Part shown: positions 26,201 through 27,337 of the stretch, in pieces | How positions within the stretch are numbered: position 1 is the stretch's first letter | How the letters are laid out: every line of letters begins with the position of its first letter | Origin: a virus | DNA length: 27,337 bases | Reading direction: 5' to 3' (one strand) | IMG/VR virus record: IMGVR_UViG_3300014835_000071 | Coordinates: 1 to 27,337 of that record | Translations under genes and position numbers: made by a program | The notes under the pieces: generated by a model | The model's input: the letters and a program-made list of their open reading frames with translations, nothing else | The model's database searches: none | Told to the model about the DNA's origin: nothing

Positions 26201-27337
26201 AAGTTATCTTATCACTAGTGAATTGTCCAATTCATTTGCAGTTACTACTGTCGAAAGAGTGGCAGTTGATGGCAGATTTGCTACGATGCCATATGAATTG
26301 GCTTTTTCATTTGGCAATCTTCCAAAAAATGAATCTGCTATGATTGTTAGAGTCAATCAGACTATTCTATTAAGTCCAAACAATAGTTATTATACTATAA
26401 AGAATAATAAACTGAGCTATCAGTTAGATACTACTAAATCAAAACCGTATTCAGTTGGTATAACTGCTATATCAGTAACGGTGGATAATATATTATTAAC
26501 TATTGGGATTGATTATTCAGTAAATTTGAGTGGTATCGTTATTAAATTAACTAAGGTTGCGTATTCAGCACACGTTGGGAAATTACTTACCATTAGTGTA
26601 TCGGAAGAGCATTCGTATGTATATATTCCACCATCAGTTGGACAATCAGCTAAGATTTTGTTTAGTGATAGTTATGACAATACTAATATTGTTGAAATTT
26701 TTGGATCATCTAATAAGGAGGTAATTGATATTCAACGAAGCACTATTACTGTCGATATGCCCATGACATTAATACCTGATACTACTGATTATTATTATTA
26801 TAAAGAAATGACTGGTGGGATATTACGATTGGAACGAGCTGTTATAAGTGACAATTATGTTTGGGTTGTTAAAAATGGTACATTATTGGTTCCGAGTGTT
26901 GATTATAAATTGAATTCAGATAAATCATCCATTACACTTATTAACGATGCTATTGTGTCTGATAAATTTACACTTATGACATATGGCAGTAACATAGTTC
27001 GGCCAGGAATTGCGTATATGCAATTCAAAGATATGCTGAATCGAATTCATTTTAAGCGATTGAATATACATAAGCAAACTAGGTTATTGGCTGATTTACA
27101 TTGGAATGATCTTAGTCTAGTGGTAGCTGATGCTAGTAATTTTGATTTACCAAATCCGGCAATTAACCAACCTGGTATTATTGAAATTCGCGGTGAGCGT
27201 ATTGAATACTTTGCGTTATCCGGTAACACATTAAGTAAATTACGACGCGGGACGCTTGGAACCGGTACACCGGCTGTTCACAATACTGGCAGTTATGTGC
27301 AGGACATTGGCACGAGTGAAACTATTCCGTATTCAGA
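14211..27337 (+). CDS. Giant virion structural protein, probably a gp7-like baseplate wedge scaffold with many accessory domains; more than 4375 aa, 3' partial
   Basis: ATG overlaps the gp6 stop (TAATG) and starts MADNINPNASKNTASTFLPRIFRTDANKKFLQATLDQL. Spot translations across the region stay in this frame to the window end (...LRRGTLGTGTPAVHNTGSYVQDIGTSETIPYS), and the ORF track lists no closed ORF in this frame. Contains FYQGMIIEKGT and EVKPYRT motifs reminiscent of gp7/P2 gpI. Confidence 0.85.
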   Translation, partial: MADNINPNASKNTASTFLPRIFRTDANKKFLQATLDQLVRPGTVKKINGYIGRKNSKATTATDIFINAADATRQNYQLEPGLVIQDSLNNTTFFKDYIDFINQISVFGGNTANHARLNEQEFYSWDPHISWDKFINFQNYYWMPFGPDTIRIYGHEKNVISTYTVVVEAEGNSNEYVFTPNGLSRNPTLTLFRGQTYTFEINAPGNPFSIKTARTAGDYDRYSPAGLTGIAIEYGTITFTIPHDAPSVLYYQSENDRDLGGVIQVLAISDNSFIDVDAEIVGKKIYQLSDGTKLSNGMKVSFGGKVTPLNYATGEFYIEGVGTAIKLVPTAILELISSYTASQSVLFDSQPFDKQPFSDATAYAGTSDYVVINRSSNDHNPWSRYNRWFHKDTIEISAKFNGNAVSLDQSARATRAIIEFDANLKLFNFGTDAIDDVDLVDNFTTDILSVIEGSLGYNIDGIPVSDGYKILITADPDRFVKNKIYQVEMIDVKHESVNGVSTSTQIHLRLLHEPIASQVVLVKQGKQNQGEMYWYDGESWHKGQQKTGLNQAPLFDVVDSNGISYGNVDTYIGSSFTGTKLFSYKIGTGNTDSVLGFPLSYKNINNIGDIVFNFNLLTDKFVYNKLAEIIEQTTDVGYLVNNMPSGITFVNGWQTCAAKYVQGAIRIYNGTEQTNHFDIDIFDSMPMSIDIDDIRLYINGSRVAVDHYSIITGVVYYQVVLLVPITSGDVLTIKVFAPEPINSRGYYEIPVNLQYNPLNGTLADFTLGEVIDHVDSIIDNIYISDAQLIDNLPYDKTANDVNQVTFVGVFPGVSNLRDLGNITQYGTRFVQHSSPANLSLYHITSKTSNIIRSIEKSCDDYGKFKHNFMVVAESLGIDTNPVAHVDLILQAINKSIPNTFPYYFSDMVAYGAHNTTVLTVVDYRIQAYPLLNIFSMDELSARSVLIYVNDIQILYDRDYTFDTQGFVVITCGLLTGDTIIINEYDNTDGCFIPETPTKLGIWQKFEPLIYLDDSLVTPRLLIQGHDGSLILAYEDYRDDLILELEKRIYNNIKVKYDTSIFDVHAVIPSYNRATAYSLSEYNNVLAPRFYKWAKLVGKDLSRSLGTENYRGYVTPDGRETPGFWRGIYRWMLDTDRPHICPWEMLGFSEMPVWWTSVYGPAPYTTDNLILWTDISNGTIKDPMMPVTRFLKFAKPFLLNHLPVDEHGKLVSPVVSDMANGIPTDINNGDFIFGDVSPLESAWRRSSYYPFSVLITSLLLTPAGTFGVLLDRSRIVRNIAGQLIYKDTGLRVTSNTIKLPSIQSSSTRVQTAGIINYVANYILSDNLKSYNDYQYDLSNITVKLSHRLGAFTSRDKFNLILDSKTPLSAGGVFVPPENYDIILNTSSSIKKITYSGVIITKLQDGFSVSGYSISHPYFSYYPWQKAGVLINIGGISESYIQWTANQVYAAGKIVKYSSEYYRVLSLHTTTGVFNAANYQLLASLPVIGGRSAMIRQLWDRTAPIVVPYNTKFNYVQDVVDFLLGYGEYLTDQGFVFDEFNSNMQQVTNWETSAKEFLFWSTQNWTYGQDKWSDWLPGQLIVAGSIVRYDGTYYTAVRTKQTGSIFVTNDFNKLGALSNVGSSVISLSPAANKLTFNTALSVVTDITDDFNGYEIFKVDGQPIAYNLINSYREDNAVSYASPENGIFGASFYLVQTEQIVIIDNRTLFNDTIYNPESGYKQDRIKVAGYISTNWNGSFDVPGFVFDQAIIKNWEMWTNYAIGDVVKYKEFYYAAIGLILGTEHFNPIDWTKISKKPTAQLLPNWNYKASQFEDFYSLDSDNIDTNQQKMAQHLIGYQKRQYLENIIQDDVSEFKFYQGMIIEKGTQNVLNKLFDVLSVDGEDSLTFHEEWAVRVGQYGANAAFENIEFILDESLFNSNPQGFELLSTGSNSHDFIIRQVQSDIYVTPIGYDNNPWPILKNDTTYLRSAGYVRLDEVTLNLKSLADILAVDITKLVTGDYIWCSFDIAGWNVYRYTDSNIVVNDAMAVGDYIHVTTSRLVTLPIGSYISIRHVAGFAGFYKIEDVILNVIVIYAADASVTSPLVDQSSIMIHSLVSQRVASMDDIDGMLPPILKTDELVWSDNGIDGNWASWIHTPVYSKTQISNLHPINLELYGKAIQISNRGNILAISTGAGEVEIYDRANLMNHWVHRQLISVPIIGHNQYDYDLNNTQDIATVMAISADNRWLVTGSPSSGYATINNNGYLNVVGANYTASSMANHGAVSLYEKDSNNTYTLVNTILSKVPRTDEYFGESLVFSGDALYISAGSATGSVYKLIYSTIIHVTTNYNPVGSVGNVLHLSSVAGIAIGMTVTGNGLITDKIVIKVTDSITGQLTNSSITGNILTVGTLTTGAVVVGQTISGIDILDDTIITNHISGTGAGSKWLVSRNNYEVHDIAISCTYQVQTVTLNEAPESQPSGMIQFSTNEWKYDDSSNQKNNVGHSIKLASSIVNDVLAIASVDNDNIGKVKVYITDNLQQTIVGNSKFGQGISISEFGDYIVISDISVTGSMVEQGGVDIYKRIITNSVISYDKYQSLTVKYPEIDGYFGSKVLFGDDYKTIYILSSLADITLPWYPTDGTTFDNGTTGFSLLKNLDSGRIDVYNRYNLKWVYSESLDTANYAADGYGNSMAVGATSLVVGAPYAQDSAVKAGNVYVYNKRTDAYSWEINHYGIAKPDVSKIKQAFLYNKVTSKLITHLDVLDPLHGVIPSIANDEIKYKVFYDPAVYSIGESATHTIDDGSAWKGHYVGYLWWDLRTAKFVNGNDDDIVYRNSAWHTLATGATIDIYEWVESTLLPDDWDLDADTDSGLANGVSGTTLYGNAAYSSATHYDIISNTSKNTYYYWVKNTKIIPLSLTRKISAQDVASLIGNPRGAGYQYMALTGSNSFSLVNVSSLLAHRDVVLSVEYWLVDNTTQNIHTQWQLLSTDSATVIPAKIEDKLIDSLCGKDSYDRVIPDDSLPVKLKYGIESRPRQGMFINRFEALKQYVEQANLVLHDNLISDTRDLSKLESYDIEPHLIRGLYDSVVDTDLELRFAEISSFTRPVISPIIQDGRIVGIEIITAGRGYINAPFIEVAGTGTGAIIRAVINIAGQLIGAVIINSGVGYTEYTSLLIRDYTVLVHNDSSTGGWTIYSYDPITYVWSLLLGRTYDTSKYWQYIDWYAAGYNQFSAIIHSVSTYAELDTIVVNIGELVKVSTTNAGTWVLLKKYSMVSSIDWTHSYAIVGSERGTIQLKSSLYEFAHTGIGYDNLLYDGGIFDNSASAELRIILTTLRDEIFIDNLKSTNLDLFFTCIRYILSEQLYVDWIFKTSFIKANHNVGTLHKPVTYRNDNLANFEDYVAEVKPYRTTIREYVSSYNAIEMTETSITDFDLPPFYEKNSLTLVDTTVMNGEIMVGDTIINAYPWKHWLDNVGFIVTSLAIVDGGSGYVTAPIVNIVQNSGSGATARAFITNGIVNRVILLTPGSGYLSAPNVYITGGLSTTGIAARVIATIGDSAIRTSIIKLKFDRISRAYSIIQLQEIETLSGTGSRLQFSLIWGPDVQIGTSSVTINGITALRDNYKLRVVKSSTNGYVSGTITFNVAPIAGSTISVTYLKDWSLLNSADRIHYYYNPGIGELGRDLSQLMTGVDYGGVIVSGLGFELTQGWGSTPFYSDKWDTSDPTFDDYIVSVAADTRTFTLPYIPLPDVMVNVYHNGIRLDDPHFGTVGQLNNLAVMSTWVGNGETSTINIPTIVQVSMGDQFILRKATSDGAVPPAEADYDTALSGGDLTYNTATGIAAEDMIIDGDGFVTPMTSPAPEEVVPGQIVDALAIKVYDRPFGGSAAINVDNYVANGVQHIFAISTRLDNPGVVIVKTTTGLTNLILTLDVDYSIDHRHNLVSFFNVPQHGVLVTIFGIGVNGTSILDADYVIADGQATDFITKAPWLATVSTLVYVNGEVALAKMVNISDNLIIRFENPPVIGDMISYLITSELSNSFAVTTVERVAVDGRFATMPYELAFSFGNLPKNESAMIVRVNQTILLSPNNSYYTIKNNKLSYQLDTTKSKPYSVGITAISVTVDNILLTIGIDYSVNLSGIVIKLTKVAYSAHVGKLLTISVSEEHSYVYIPPSVGQSAKILFSDSYDNTNIVEIFGSSNKEVIDIQRSTITVDMPMTLIPDTTDYYYYKEMTGGILRLERAVISDNYVWVVKNGTLLVPSVDYKLNSDKSSITLINDAIVSDKFTLMTYGSNIVRPGIAYMQFKDMLNRIHFKRLNIHKQTRLLADLHWNDLSLVVADASNFDLPNPAINQPGIIEIRGERIEYFALSGNTLSKLRRGTLGTGTPAVHNTGSYVQDIGTSETIPYS
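18531..19580 (+). repeat. Three dispersed 40-aa aromatic-rich modules (CBM5/12 / ChtBD3-like) in the giant ORF
   Basis: 18531-18650 WTANQVYAAGKIVKYSSEYYRV...; 18927-19046 WLPGQLIVAGSIVRYDGTYYTA...; 19461-19580 WEMWTNYAIGDVVKYKEFYYAA... Confidence 0.7.
20655..22316 (+). repeat. Seven FG-GAP-like blades (beta-propeller) in the giant ORF
   Basis: LYGKAIQIS..GEVEIY; MAISADNRWLVTGSP..GAVSLY; YFGESLVFSGDALYISA..GSVYKL; VGHSIKLA..GKVKVY; FGQGISIS..GGVDIY; YFGSKVLFG..GRIDVY; YGNSMAVGATSLVVGAPY..GNVYVY. Confidence 0.75.

Noticed and set aside
14138-27229. Short ORFs listed across the last 13 kb, giving an impression of a gene-poor or recoded region
   Set aside because: They are off-frame or antisense to one long open frame that is unlisted only because it has no stop in the window. 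All genes read intact in the standard code, so stop-codon reassignment is not needed.

Overview
AT-rich segment of a large T4-related (contractile-tailed, probably jumbo-type) bacteriophage genome, read in the standard genetic code. It has two divergent gene blocks. Leftward: a gp55-like late sigma factor, an inserted multidomain endonuclease gene (Zn finger, six 23-aa repeats, HTH, Vsr/Hef-like nuclease, GNAT/Mom-like domain), and the gp47/gp46 (Mre11/Rad50-like) recombination nuclease pair, all behind a perfect TTGACA-17-TATAAT promoter. Rightward: a baseplate block (tail-tube-initiator-like, gp53-like, hub-like, gp5/VgrG-like spike, gp25, gp6) followed by a giant ORF of more than 4375 codons that runs off the window and is missing from the ORF track. 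The most unusual elements are the nuclease-GNAT fusion with a palindrome over its start and degenerate flanking repeats, a strict XXXGG Thr-rich pentapeptide array in the spike, back-to-back host-type and late-type promoters, and the modular giant baseplate protein. Family assignments come from motif recognition by eye, not from database searches.
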